This document shows, piece by piece, positions 28,613 through 42,063 of a stretch of 64,000 bases of DNA. The stretch is from the NCBI RefSeq assembly GCF_009914755.1, contig NC_060937.1. One strand, written 5' to 3'. The translations under genes and the position numbers were made by a program. Below the pieces are notes generated by a model. That model was not told the DNA's origin and made no database searches. It saw nothing but the letters and a program-made list of their open reading frames with translations. Within the stretch, counting starts at the first letter, position 1; every line of letters begins with the position of its first letter. Source of the DNA: the human T2T-CHM13v2.0 reference genome, Homo sapiens.

Positions 28613-28622
28613 CACACACACA
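28411..28622. repeat. Compound (TA)n(GA)n microsatellite plus TA/CA low-complexity tract
   Basis: Read directly. It abuts the tail end of the following Alu. Confidence 0.93.
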
Positions 28623-28815
28623 ATGTTGCCCAAGCAGGAGTGCAGTGATGTAATCACAGCTTACTGCAGGCTTGGCCTCCCAGGCTCAAGCAATTCTCCC
28701 ACCTCAGCCTTCAGAGTAGCTGGGATCATAGGCAAGCAGCACCACCCTCAGCTAATGTGTTTTTTTATTTTTTTATTTTTTGAAGAGACAGGGTCTCCCT
28801 ATGTTGCTCAGGCTT
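28623..28815 (-). mobile_element. AluJ fragment (right arm, linker, start of left arm)
   Basis: TGTTGCCCAAGCAGGAGTGCAGTG..CAGGCTCAAGCAATTCTCCCACCTCAGCC..GAGACAGGGTCTCCCTATGTTGCTCAGGCT. Confidence 0.85.
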
Positions 28816-28825
28816 ATTTCTATAT

Positions 28826-28946
28826 ATTTTAGAGATGCAATCTTGCTATGACGCCCAGACTAAAGTTCAGTGGCTATTCACAGGCACCATGACAGCCACA
28901 GTCCTCTGAGTAGCTGGGACTACAGGCACACACCACTGCACCTGGC
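28826..28946 (-). mobile_element. FAM (fossil Alu monomer), internally deleted
   Basis: Carries the 7SL/FAM motif CAGTGGCTATTCACAGGC, then GAGTAGCTGGGACTACAGGCACACACCACTGCACCTGGC. Confidence 0.75.
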
Positions 28947-29582
28947 TCAGAAAGTTTATATGTGTAACAAGTTGCCAATAATCTTAAAAGTACAAAAGTC
29001 ACTGATTTTGGAGAATTTTTATTACCATTGTTTTACTATAAAAACCCACAGTATAGGAGATAACTATTAGACTACCTCTTATGTACAAGATAGAAAATGA
29101 ATTTTATATGGAAAATGCTCTAACGTGTAGATACGAGCTCCATAATTTTATTCAGTAATAGATTGTTTTGACAAAGGTTTTCATCAACGTGTTTCATTTT
29201 CCTTATCTCCACGAATAGTCATCCCCCTTTCATTCATAAGCAAATTCTTCTAACCAGGTATGGCCTAATCTTTCTTTTGCTTCAATAATCATTTTGGATT
29301 CATCATTCCTTTTCTAGTGTTTCTTACATTAAAATCCTAGCTTTTTTCTCATAGCATATTAAACTCTTTTAAAATCGGTCTGACCATTTGTCTCACTATA
29401 GTTTCCCTTCTTTTATTATTCAAGCCTTTAAAATAAATGATCCACTTTCCCTTCACTCTACTATTATCTGGTTAATTTTTAAAACATTGGATTATTCCAC
29501 ATGGATTATCCTCCAGAACTGCTCTGGAAAAAGGCATCAAGGCCATCTTAGCTGTAAAACTCAACCCAATCAGACATAATGA

Positions 29583-29870
<288 letters not shown>

Positions 29871-30929
29871 CATAATGAGTTTTTATCATTTACTTAAAAT
29901 TGCCACATTCTCCCCACTATCAGGACTTAGACGGATTCTTGTACCTGAAATCTATGTGAAATCTCACCACTGCTTCGTCTCCTTAAACTCCCCTTCCCTT
30001 TTTTTGCTTTGCACTTAACAACAACAAAAACAAAACAAAACAAAAAAACATTTTTAAGTGATCTGCTAAAATTATTTCCTCCAAAAAGTTTCCCCTTCCC
30101 TTTCCAGACTTGGTCCTACAGCACGATGTAATTCTCTTGGCAAAGAATTTCCACCTCAGTGGCAATTGTTTGCTTAGATGTTAATCTTTCCCATCATTGT
30201 CAGCTACTGTAGTATAGGGTCCAGGTGTTTCTTGCTAGGAGGCATTCAATAAATATTGCTTGAAAGAATTAACTGCTTCCCCTAATGTTTTACTTTGATA
30301 GCAAGTTCCTTTGTATTGTAATTTTAAAACTTGTTTCCACTCTCCTCATTCTTCCTCTAGGGGTTCTCAAACACTATTCAAATGCTCTTCCTAATTGCGC
30401 TAATAGTCCAGTGTATAAAGCCTGCCATTCCAGTGTAGAAATCAGATATTTCACTTTCCCTGCCTGTCATATACACAGATGTTATCCTATTATTTGGCCT
30501 CCACTAATTAGATACATTTAAGTGAGATTTAGATGTAACAATCAACAATGTGAAGAAATGGGCACCACATGGAATCCATTCTTCATATAAGATTTAGGGC
30601 AGCAATGCCAAGGATCTATTATCCAATTCCCAGTGTAAGCAGTGTCCTCTGGATTGTTTGTGCCCAGTTGTGGAGTTTCCACTGGAGAACTACCACAGTG
30701 TGTGGTGAGTATTATGCAATTCTTAATTCTGAGACTAAAAATCTGGTCTTCTAGGAGATCCTTTGAATTACCAGATGTCCTTAAATAAATTACTTTCCTG
30801 TTTAAACAAGTTAAAGTGGGTGTTCCTTTGTGCAGCTATGAGCTCCGAAAGATTTATCTCCTTATCTTGAGTTGTACCTTTCCAGCTGCTTTAGCAGAAT
30901 CTACTACCTATACCTGGACCTTAATTGTA

Positions 30930-32280
30930 TTTGTTCATTTAGTCACTCAAGAAATATCAATTGAGTACCTATAAATGTCAGATGCTACTGTAGATATCAG
31001 GAACTCTTCAGAGGACTAAACAGAAACATTTCATGTGTTGATCATATTGTGGGCTGAGAAAATAATATTTCCTGAGTGATCACTGTACAGAAGAAAATGT
31101 AAGTAGAGCACATGAGCACTCAGGAACTGGTGGCATAAGGATGCTATTTAAGGTATGATATGCATGGAAGACTTCTCTTATTTGGGACATTTGATGAGAA
31201 ACCTAAGGCTCTAAAATATTCTGTGACCTTCTGGAGGAAGCTCATTGTAGACAGTGTAAACAGTAAGTGAAAAGGCTCTGACCTGTCAGTGTGAGTCATG
31301 TGCTTAGAAAACACAACAGCCTGAGATAGGGAGGAACTGCCTGAAACAGCCCAAGCTTTGTTCCTGTCCTTGTTAGGGAATGTACCATTGTGAGTCAGGA
31401 AGGAAATGCCCAAGTCAGCCAAGGTTTTGTTTCTCTCTCCCCTGGAAGCAGGATGTACTTGAAAGTTTTGCACAGCAAGTCATATGGCCCATAAGGTATA
31501 TAAACCAGATTGGGCGGGCTGCCTTTCAGGGTCCTTCAGCTGTAGTGTAAGTGGAGGCACATGCACTATCTGTGCTAGTCAGCTTTCTTGAGCCTTGGGG
31601 GACTGGCTCACAAAAAAACAGGCCTACATTTTCCCTTGCAGCCATGTGCACATAGTAAACTCGCCTCATACAAACTATGGCATGTGAGTGTGTTCTGTCT
31701 CACTAGACTCAGGTATTAGCAACGTTGAAGAGGAGGATGGCGTAGGTGGAAGCACTCGACTCCTATTCCTGGTAGTTCACCTAGTGATGATCTCTGCTGT
31801 GTTTTACGCATTGAGAGTATTTCCTTGGGACTGGCTATTAGTGAACGTGTTTCAGAGAGGGCGGATAACACAGAGCCTCATAGGGCATTGTAAGTACTTA
31901 CATTGCCCTGTGAATGTGTTTGAAAGCCATCGGAGATTTTAAACAGAGGAGTAATATCTGGATTATATTTAAAACTATCACTGACTATGATAAATAGATT
32001 GAGAGGGCATGTGTTGGGTAAAGACACTGTTTAGTAAATAGCTTTAGTAGAAAAGAGATCAGAACACTGAGCCTTAGGCTTTTTCAGTCACAGAGAAAGA
32101 CAGAGAATCTAGAAAAGGAGACTGTACACGAGATAGGAGAAAACAAGAAAATAAGGTGTCACAGAAGCGAAGCCACATGAAGGTAAAATTTCAAGGAAGA
32201 AGTCAACTATAGCAAATGACATGTCGAGAAGATGGGACAGAGAGGTAAGAATGTGGAAGTTATTGATAGCATAAACTTTA
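30930..32280 (-). mobile_element. L2 fragments interrupted by an LTR
   Basis: TTCATTTAGTCACTCAAGAAATATCAATTGAGTACCTATAAATGTCAG (L2 3' end, reversed), and GAAAGCCATCGGAGATTTTAAACAGAGGAGT after the LTR. Confidence 0.65.
31310..31854 (+). mobile_element. ERVL-type solo LTR (MER70/MER54-like)
   Basis: CCTGAGATAGGGAGGAACTG start region, GGTATATAAACC TATA, CAGCTTTCTTGAGCCTTGGGGGACTGGCTC, ends AGTGAACGTGTTTCA. Family name uncertain. Confidence 0.65.
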
Positions 32281-32552
32281 AATTCTCTTATTTTACTAAC
32301 TTGATTCTATTATTTTCTACTACTTGATAATGTCTACTTTACACGTCTTTTTCTACTACCCATATTTGATAATTAGATGCTTCCAACTCAGATCGCTTTA
32401 GTGAAATGCAGACTCTTTCCCCAAATTGTACTGGACATTTCTACTTGAAGTTCAACATATTCCTCTCAAAAATCATCCCATCTACTCTCACCTAGATTCT
32501 ATTACCTTAAGTGTCCTTTTCAGTTTGGAAGACAATTTCGAGTCAATGAAGC

Positions 32553-33560
<1,008 letters not shown>

Positions 33561-33564
33561 AAAC

Positions 33565-34020
33565 TACCATGATACCTAAGTCATATTAACTTTATATCTT
33601 AAAAATCTGTCAAATTTTTTTTAACACTCCATAGTTCATGACCCTGTCATCTCTTGCTTCGGTTATTAATATATCCATATTTTCCATATCCATATTTCAG
33701 TCTTGAGCTTCATTTCTTTTATCATATTCTCAAATCTCTCATCATACTAATTATTCTAAATAGAAAATTTGTAATATGATATCCCTGTTCACAATCATTT
33801 ATTGGCTTCCCATTATATCAGGATGAAAATTAACATGACAGGGCCTAGTATTCTTAATCTGTTCTTGCCTATTGCTTAAGTTTAATCTTCTGCCTGTGTA
33901 TCGCTGAAACTTTGTTTCTTGAATTCTCATCTGCTTCCATTTCCCTGAAAAGAAGCATGCCTTCTCTCATTTTCATTGCTTTTCCTCATTCAGCTTTCTC
34001 TAACTGGACTATTTTTATGT
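33565..34020 (+). mobile_element. L2 fragment
   Basis: ATATCCCTGTTCACAATCATTTATTGGCTTCCCATT.., resembles L2 and likely continues the fragment at about 32370-32550. Confidence 0.55.
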
Positions 34021-35324
34021 ATTTGCCCAAATGGCACTGGGGCAATATACTGATTCTCTTAATAAGTTTGGAAGTATAATAAATTAAGACAAATCTTAAC
34101 TAATTTCTAAAACATCAGACTAAATTTTGGCTACCATATTGGGCTATAACAGTGGTTCCAACATGCAGGCCCTTAAATGTGCCATTTCTCTGCATTATTG
34201 AATGTTGAACAAAAGGTGTTTATGTGGCATTTATGCAATTCACAGGAGGGATTTAATTGATTTTAATTCTCTGTGGGAAACATAATTTAACTTACTAAAT
34301 CCTTAGTTCTGAAAACAACAAAGACAATGGGAAATGGATTTGTATATGCAGAACATAAAAATTTTAGTCTATCTTGTGGTAGTACATAAATATATGTGCC
34401 TTTATATGAAAATTATTGTAGCATAACTCTCAGAATCTTAACAGTTTATTTTATAGAAAACTCGTAGTAGTAAATTCCTCTTGAATATCACAGAGAAAGT
34501 ATTGTTTAACAGTCTTTGTGGTAAGTCATCATTTAGAACTACAATTGAGCAGAAAAGTATTACATAGATTTTTTTCAGAGTGCCATTTAACCCTGAGATT
34601 ATGAACACTGAGTAACAGAAATTATTTAACATAATTGAGATATGAAAATATTCAATAATTGTACGAACTCTTGACAGGTTACCTAATTTAGGAATCAAAT
34701 TATATTATTATTATAGGTAATGCTCTCAAATACTTATGATTCCAAAAATATGAATCAGGCAAATTTTACACATTCTATAAGCAATCTTTCTCATAGAATT
34801 ACTATGCTGTAGCATAAGAGTGAACATTGACATTTGGAAAAACATAGCATATAGTAAAATCCCAGTTTGTCTTTTTTTGGTAAGTACATCAAGTTTTAAA
34901 AGCAAAGTGTCAGTTGCTTTTTCAGGAAAGTAAGCTTGCAAAATTATTTTTTTAAATAAGATAATGAAATTGCTTTAGAAAACAGTTTTCTCCATATAAT
35001 AGGTCTCTAAAAATTAGTTTTGATAGATATCAAGGTACTGATTTCATATGACACCTATGATCTATGAACATTAATGTTTTTGTAAAATTTGGATAGGTTT
35101 TATAAAAATTGCCAAATTAAAATATCAAATTGTTTAAAAATGACATAAATATTAACTAATTTGATCAATTTTATGTAGGAGCCATGTGTCTTCTTCAGAA
35201 CTGTGAATTGACTGTCTTCATACATCGCTTGATGTGTAAGAAATTTAATTTTAGTGTTTTGAAAAATCTAGCATCTTTGTAAGCATGATAAAGGGGTGAT
35301 AAATACAACTTCAGAATTGGCTTA

Positions 35325-36090
35325 TTTTCAACTTTAATGGGTTTATTGAGATGTGATTCATATAGCCTATAATTTGCCTATTAAAGTGTGTAATTCAATG
35401 TCTTACCTATAGTCATAAGGTTGTGCAATCATCATCACAATCTAATTTTAGAACATTGCCATATCTCCAAAAGGAAATCTTATAAACATTAGTAAGCAGT
35501 CAATCTCCATCCCGCTTCCACCTCCCAGCAGCTACTAATCTACATCCTGACTTTATGTATTTGTCTATGTGATGTTTCAAATAAATGGAATTATGCCATA
35601 TGTTTCCTTTTGTATCTGACTTCTTTCATTTAGCTTAAGGCTTTCAGGTTAATCCGTGTTTTTGCAAATATTGGTAGGATACTCCTTTTTTATATTTAAA
35701 TAATATTTAATTGTATGGACATACAACATTTGTTTACTTATTTATTGATGAACATTTGAGTTATGACACTTTAGACCATTATAATTTATGCTGCCATAAA
35801 CATTTGTGTACAGGTTTTGTGTGGACACGTGCACATGTCTCTTGATCATATAGTTAGAAGTGAAACTGCTGGGTAATATGATATCTCTGTGTTTAACCAT
35901 TTGGAGACCTGCCAGACTGCTTTCCAAAGTCACTGTACCACTTCACATTCCCACCAGAAAAGGGTGAGGATTGCTTGTACTTGTTATTAATTGTCTTTTT
36001 CCTTATAGCAATTCTAGTGGGTGGGGAAGTGGTATGTCATTTCAGTTTTGATTTGAATTTACCTGTTGAGTAATGCAGTTGAGCAGCTTA
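35325..36090 (-). mobile_element. L1MB-type 3' fragment
   Basis: TTTATTGAGATGTGATTCATATAG..GTTGTGCAATCATCATCACAATCTAATTTTAGAACATT..CTGCCAGACTGCTTTCCAAAGT..CATTCCCACCAG. Confidence 0.88.
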
Positions 36091-36789
36091 ATTTCTACAA
36101 ATTCACGAATTCATCAAATCTCCTTCAGTTATTGATTTATTTGGGTTTCACTATTGACTATGATGTGTCTGGGTGTGAATCTCCTTGAGTTTATTCTACT
36201 TGGAGATTCTATTACCTGTTTTTTTGTTGTTGTTTGCTTGTTTTTTCTATGCATGAGTTACACATTATTTACATGTCCTCAATTTTTCTTGTTGCTAAAA
36301 ATCGGATATATTAGATAAAATATTGCAATAATACTCAATAATGATCTCTTACTGGAGGTTATGTTCTTTGCTTGTCATCTATTTGTCTGGAGGCTTGGCT
36401 GTACAAATTCTGTAGTGTACATCCCCTGCAGTGTTCAGTCTCTCATGTACCTGCTCTGTTTCCTTTTCTCTCCCTCTATCATTTATTCTAGCTACCCAGA
36501 AATTGCCCCTGGGCTGACATAAGCATTTACTGGTCAAAAGTTGTTCTTAAGCTACTTTACCTCATTAGATTTTTACTCTTCACTAGTGCATGTTTGTGTG
36601 GCTTGAAGGCCACACAAACAGCTCTGGAAGTTGCTTTTTTGCCCCCCATTTCCCTATAAATAGAGGTTTGGATGTTTGTTCTATGATCACTTCTAAACTT
36701 GCATAGTCTTGGGAATGCACACAGTCTTCCAGACTGTAGGTGATAGGTGTAATTTAGTTTTTATTCTCACTTAATAGAATTCCTCCTGC

Positions 36790-37905
36790 TGATAGCAGAA
36801 GACAGACAAATTCCCAGGCAGAAAGGGGCAGGTGCCCCGTGAAACTCGACTTTCAAGCCAACGACAGTCTGAAGTCTGAAAACTGGGCTGCCAGTTCTGG
36901 TTGCAGTCTGCGACCCGGAGTGAGAACTTCCTTGATGTCTTTTAGCCAATTGAATGGTGCTTTTTCCAGGCCTGCCCATGGACCAATCAGCATGCACTCC
37001 CCCATTCTGAACCCATAAAAACCCCAGACTCGGTGTCACTTAGGGACTTTCTTCCTTCGCCTCGGGGTATGGGCAACCCATCTTGGGTCCCTTCTCCTGT
37101 CGAGAGCTGTTCTGTGGCTCAGTAAGACTCTTCTCTACCTTGCTCACTCTCCAGTTGTCATGTAACACCATTCTTCTTGGATGCAGGACAAGAACCCGGA
37201 ACCATAGGTGCGAACACAGCTGTAACACTGTAGCCCTTCCACGTGACAGGAAGCAGTGGTAAGGCCAGGCCAGCCCAGGAGCCATGGACCTGAGTGGGGC
37301 GGTGGGACCAAATGAGCTGTAACACAAACCAGCTAAAACACATTCCTGGCCTGCCCGCCGAGCTGCCGGCAGTGACACCCTCCTATTTGCCAGACTTGGA
37401 GAGAAGAGCTGTGACCCTTCTGGGCACCCAAATCTTGGGACTCCCCGAGCCAGAGATACGAAACGGCGTTAACACCTCTTGGGGCTCCACGGTTGCTGGT
37501 CTCTCTTAATCTTCGGACACCAGTGCATTCCTCTAGTCCAGACAGCGGCGCCCAAGGCAGAAGCCGCTGGAGGCACAGTTGGTCCAGCTACAGTCTCTCT
37601 CGCTTGGAGCTTGTGCCTGTGCCTGTGCCAGTGCCTGGAGCTGCCCGCCCCACCGCAGAAGCCAGTGCACCTGGCTGTGAGCAGTGGCAGGACCCTGTGC
37701 TCCCTCGCTTACACATCCCTCATCGCTCCATGCTGAGCTCACCCGCGGGGAAGCGTGGGATCTGGGCTGGTAGCATGAACCAAGCACAGCCTGCCAGGCT
37801 GAGTGGGTGGAGCTAGCCCAGCTGTCGTGAGCAAAACTCAAGCAGAGGTGCCAGTGGCCAAAGAGGCTTCCATCTGGTGAAGTGGCACTGAAAGAATCCT
37901 GTGTA
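36790..37905 (+). mobile_element. MER52/LTR28-group (ERV1) solo LTR
   Basis: TGATAGCAGAAGACAGACAAATTCCCAGGCAG start, GGACCAATCAGCATGCAC..CCCATAAAAACCCC, GC-rich body, ends AAGAATCCTGTGTA. Confidence 0.85.
36946..37020 (+). promoter_or_regulatory. LTR U3 core promoter motifs: two CCAAT boxes and a TATA-like CATAAAA
   Basis: CCAAT at 36946 and 36983, CATAAAA at 37014-37020. Activity not shown. Confidence 0.5.
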
Positions 37906-38633
37906 GCTGGGTTAGTGCAGCTTATTTTTCACTCAGTGTTTTGTCAAAGGTTGCATTTAAGTGCCTTGTATTAGATTTCCACCTTATGTTGATGGGTCTG
38001 TGTGTAGATTCGTGAATGCTTTCAACACTGTCCCATATCTTTCTATACTTACTCCTGAGTGGGTGCAGCCTAGAGCATGTGAATGGTCTTTCTGAAACAC
38101 AGAGTCAATTTGGATCTCAGGGAGGCTTTTTTAGGCTGTCTTTTTTTTTTCCTGGTTCTATTAAATATCTGACTGTTTTGCCATTTTGCAGGTATGTTGG
38201 AGCTACTAGCCTCCTCTTAAACACTCGCCACTAAGATCTCAATCATTTTTGACAATTCTTTAGGCAGGTAGTTTTCCATACTCTGTTCCAAATAAATCCA
38301 GTCTCCTTGGGCAGAACTGCTAACTTTTCAATTGTTCATTTCGTTTGATTTGTAAATTCAGATTTGAAAACATTGAAATTAAAGACAATAATGATTTCTA
38401 AGTAGAGATTAATCCCTTTACTACCAGAAACCTTTCCCCAAATACATGTCCTGGAGCACATGTAAGGAAAGTTCCCTAATACAGACTAACCAGTAAGGCT
38501 TGCCTTATATTAATAATTAAATATAATTATTTAATATTATAGATGCAAATTTATTTAATCCTGGTTCGCTTACACAAGTGTTGCTTCAGAAACATTGGAC
38601 TTTATCAGTTTTCTGATGTTTCTCCTTTGAATT

Positions 38634-39073
38634 TGAAACTGACCCAATAGTCCCATAGACTGTTCTTTTGGATAAACATAGGAATTGACCTTTCTGTTCT
38701 TAAAGCTTGAAATTGGCATTTGTTTTATCTGAGTTCCTTCCTCAATAAAGAACCTTCAGTCCTCTAAAAAAAAAAAAGTAGCAAAGAATTGAAACTCACC
38801 AGATCACCACATCCAGATAACGAGACTTTAGACCCCTCACTCATCATGATTGCTTCCTTGCCCCTTCCTAGTTCCTGTTTTCTTATACAGTGTTACATTT
38901 CTCCCCTGCTATATAAACCCCTGGTTTTAGTGGTTCAGGGAGATGGATTTGAGATTGCGCTCCCATCTCTAGCTGCAGCACCCGATTAAGGCCTTCTTAC
39001 TTGGCAATACTTGATTGGATTTCTGTGTGGTAAGCAGCAGGGCCTAGACTAAACCTCTGGTGTTTTGGTAACA
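38634..39073 (+). mobile_element. LTR47-like solo LTR
   Basis: TGAAACTGACCCAATAGTCCCATAGAC start, CTATATAAACCCC TATA, ends TTTGGTAACA. AATT on both flanks. Confidence 0.8.
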
Positions 39074-39524
39074 AATTCAGTTGTTATATAGTAAGTGATC
39101 CATTAGAAATTAATATTCTTAACACACATTTCTTTGGGATTAAGCTTTATCAGAATACATTTCTTTCATTCAAACTTTATAAGTAATTTTTCAGCTAAAA
39201 AATCCACAAATTACAACGTGTTCAAATAGGTGCCAATCTTCAGAAGAGATAAACATGCTCATTAGTACATATCTCAATAAATAATTAGGGATTGATCCTT
39301 GAAATATGATTATACTTATATGTACCTCTCCCATTCAATCTATTAGCAAATTCTATCCACACAGAATATAGCTCAAATCAGTCTACTTTCCTTCATCCCA
39401 GTTTCCTCCACCTAATTCTAAGCCAGTGTCAGTTCTATCCTTGAAACTAGAGTCTCTTTCCACCCTTACTTAGCACCAATAAAACCTTCACTCAGTAGTC
39501 AGAGGGAACTTTTTAAAATAAAAA

Positions 39525-40192
39525 TAGAATCCAAAGAAATTGAAATCAATATATCACAGTGATACCTGCGTGTCCATGGTCATTGCAGCATTATTTACAA
39601 TAGTCAAAATATGAAATCAAAATGCATGTTCAACAATAGACAAATGGATTAAAAAATGTGTTTTATAAACCTGATGGAAGGTTTATAAAGTTATAAGTTT
39701 ATAAAGTTATTTATAAGTTATTTATAAAGTTTATAAGGTTATTCAGCCTTAAAAAGGAAAGAAATTCTGTCATTTTTGACAACGTGGATGAATCTGGAGA
39801 ACATTATGTTAAGTGAAATAAGTCAGGCATAGAAAGACAAATACAACATGATCTTACTTATATATGGAGCCTTAAACAATCAAACTCATAGAAGTAGAGT
39901 AAAATGTTGGTTACCAGAGGCTGGAGGCAGGAGAAGAAATGGGAAAAGGTTTGTCAAACGGTACAAAGTTTCAGTTAGTCAGGAAGAATACGTTTTTAAG
40001 ATCTATTGCACAACATGGTGACTATATTAATAATGCATTGTATATTCAAAATTGCTAAGAGATTAAATGTCAAATGTCTCACCACAAAAAATAAGTGAAG
40101 TGATGTATATGCTAATTAGCCTTATTTAATCATTCCAGGTTGTATCACATTGTATCCCACAAATACATGCAATTATTCTTTGTCAATTAAAA
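39525..40192 (+). mobile_element. L1MA-type 3' fragment
   Basis: CATTGCAGCATTATTTACAATAGTCAA..AACATTATGTTAAGTGAAATAAGTCAGGC..CAACATGGTGACTAT..TTGTCAATTAAAA. Confidence 0.9.
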
Positions 40193-41506
40193 TGCCATCC
40201 TGTTTTGTTATTTTTTCTATTGAGTGTTTTGTATTCTTTTACTTTATTTTACTAATGTGTTCAATAGTCATATGATAGAAATAAAGTCAGGGCTCATCAG
40301 ATAAAGAAACATTTTCAGGTGGATTAATTATCAAAATTTATACATGAAAACCTGTATTTAAAAGTATAAAATATAGAAACAAACATATACAAATATAGAT
40401 ACAGAAATGTATTACATGTATTTAGATATATATACACATACATAAATATATACATTCAATTCTGTATTTTATGTTACATCTCATGTTTAGGAAGAAACAC
40501 CTTTCTAGTACTAAAACATTTTCGTCATAAGCAACTAGAACTTCATGTTATCACAACATGTAATGTTCCCTCTTTGTCCACCCCCACTCCCAATTTTCTT
40601 ACCTTACCTATAGAGTATTATGTGTACATATTTATATAAATGTTTTTGTGCACTGAATATATTGTTTTACCATTTACTTTTTAGCCCTCAACAATTTTCT
40701 TGAAATATTTTTTATAAAAGTTTACATAACTACCTTATCTCTTATAATTGATAATTTAAACCCTATATGAATGGCTGCTACTTTATCATTATGTTTTCTG
40801 TTTCATGCAATAATAAAATGACATATGTCAGATAGATTGCAAATTGCTTAATGCATTGTCTAATCTTCTCGTATTCTTTAGTAAGAGAACTTCATTTTTT
40901 CAAGGTAGCAATTGACCCAACTAAAAGACAAAATTTTATACTTTGCTGCTAGTTTGGACCATTTAACTAAAAACTGCTAAATAAATATGCCAATTTTATA
41001 GTACTTTCAGGAATCATTCTTAAGGAAATAGTCTTTCATCTTCTTTCTTTCCTTCTGTTACCTGCTGGCTGTAATATATATGCAATCACATACAAAAGCA
41101 GTAATATGAAGGAACTTGAACCATCATTAATTGTGGAAATGCAATGCAAGCAAAGACCCAGATGCTGAATGATAGCCTTAAAAGCTACCTGCCTAGACCT
41201 TTGTTTTGCATTGGTAAACAATTTTGGCAAACTGTTACATTTTATGCTTTGGAAGGCAAACTGCAGACTGGCTAAGGTGGTGTTATTACGTGGAATTGTA
41301 AAGGGAGTCACAGGATCACTTTATGATTGCTGCTTGCTGCTTTTGGTAAAATCCTGCAAAATTGTTATGGACTCAACGTAGAAGAAGCCTATCTTTAAGC
41401 AGAAATAAGAATCCCTTATATTGCAGATTTGTAGGATAAAAAGTCAACAGCTTCTGTCCTAGATGAGATGTGTATTTGTGCATGTGTAGAAAGATAGTTG
41501 GATGTA

Positions 41507-41590
41507 TAGATAGATAGATAGATAGATAGATAGAGATAGATGTATAGATAGATAGATATAGATAGATGGATAGATAGATGGATAGATAGA

Positions 41591-41624
<34 letters not shown>
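41507..41624. repeat. Compound (GATA)n(GACA)n tetranucleotide STR
   Basis: Read directly. Confidence 0.96.
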
Positions 41625-42063
41625 AAGTTTTCTAGGGCTGATATAACAAATTACCACAAACTTGGTGGCTTGAAACAAAAAATAATAATTATCTCATAGT
41701 TAAGGAAGCTAGCAGTTTAAAAGTGTTAGGGTGAGTACTTGATGGAGACAATGAGGGAGTATCTGTTCCATGTTTCTCTTCTGATTTCTGGTGGCTACTG
41801 GCAATCCATGGCATTTATTGGCTTGTAGGTGAAATCACACCACTCTACTTCCATTATCACATAAACTGTTTTTTTCCTTGTGTTTCTCCCTGTCTTCATA
41901 TGGGCTTCTTAAAAAGATGCCATCATTAGATTTAAGACTCACCCTAATCCAGTATGACCACATCTTAAATTACTTCTGCCAAAAATCCTCTATTTCCAAA
42001 TAAAAGTATTTTCTGAGATTTCCTATGATCATGAATTTTGGAGGGATGCTACTAAGCACAGTA
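41625..42063 (-). mobile_element. MLT1 (B/C-like) MaLR LTR
   Basis: CTAGGGCTGATATAACAAATTACCACAAACTTGGTGGCTTGAAACAA..CACCCTAATCCAGTATGACC..TATTTCCAAATAA. Confidence 0.85.

Larger units (their letters stand above)
36110..38330 (-). mobile_element. Old L1M internal/5' fragments flanking the MER52-type LTR
   Basis: TTGACTATGATGTGTCTGGGTGTGAATCTCCTTGAGTTTATTCTACTTGGAG, with similar text on both sides of the LTR. Confidence 0.5.

Noticed and set aside
28826-28946. 7SL RNA gene or pseudogene
   Set aside because: Only the Alu-domain ends are present and the S domain is missing, which fits FAM.
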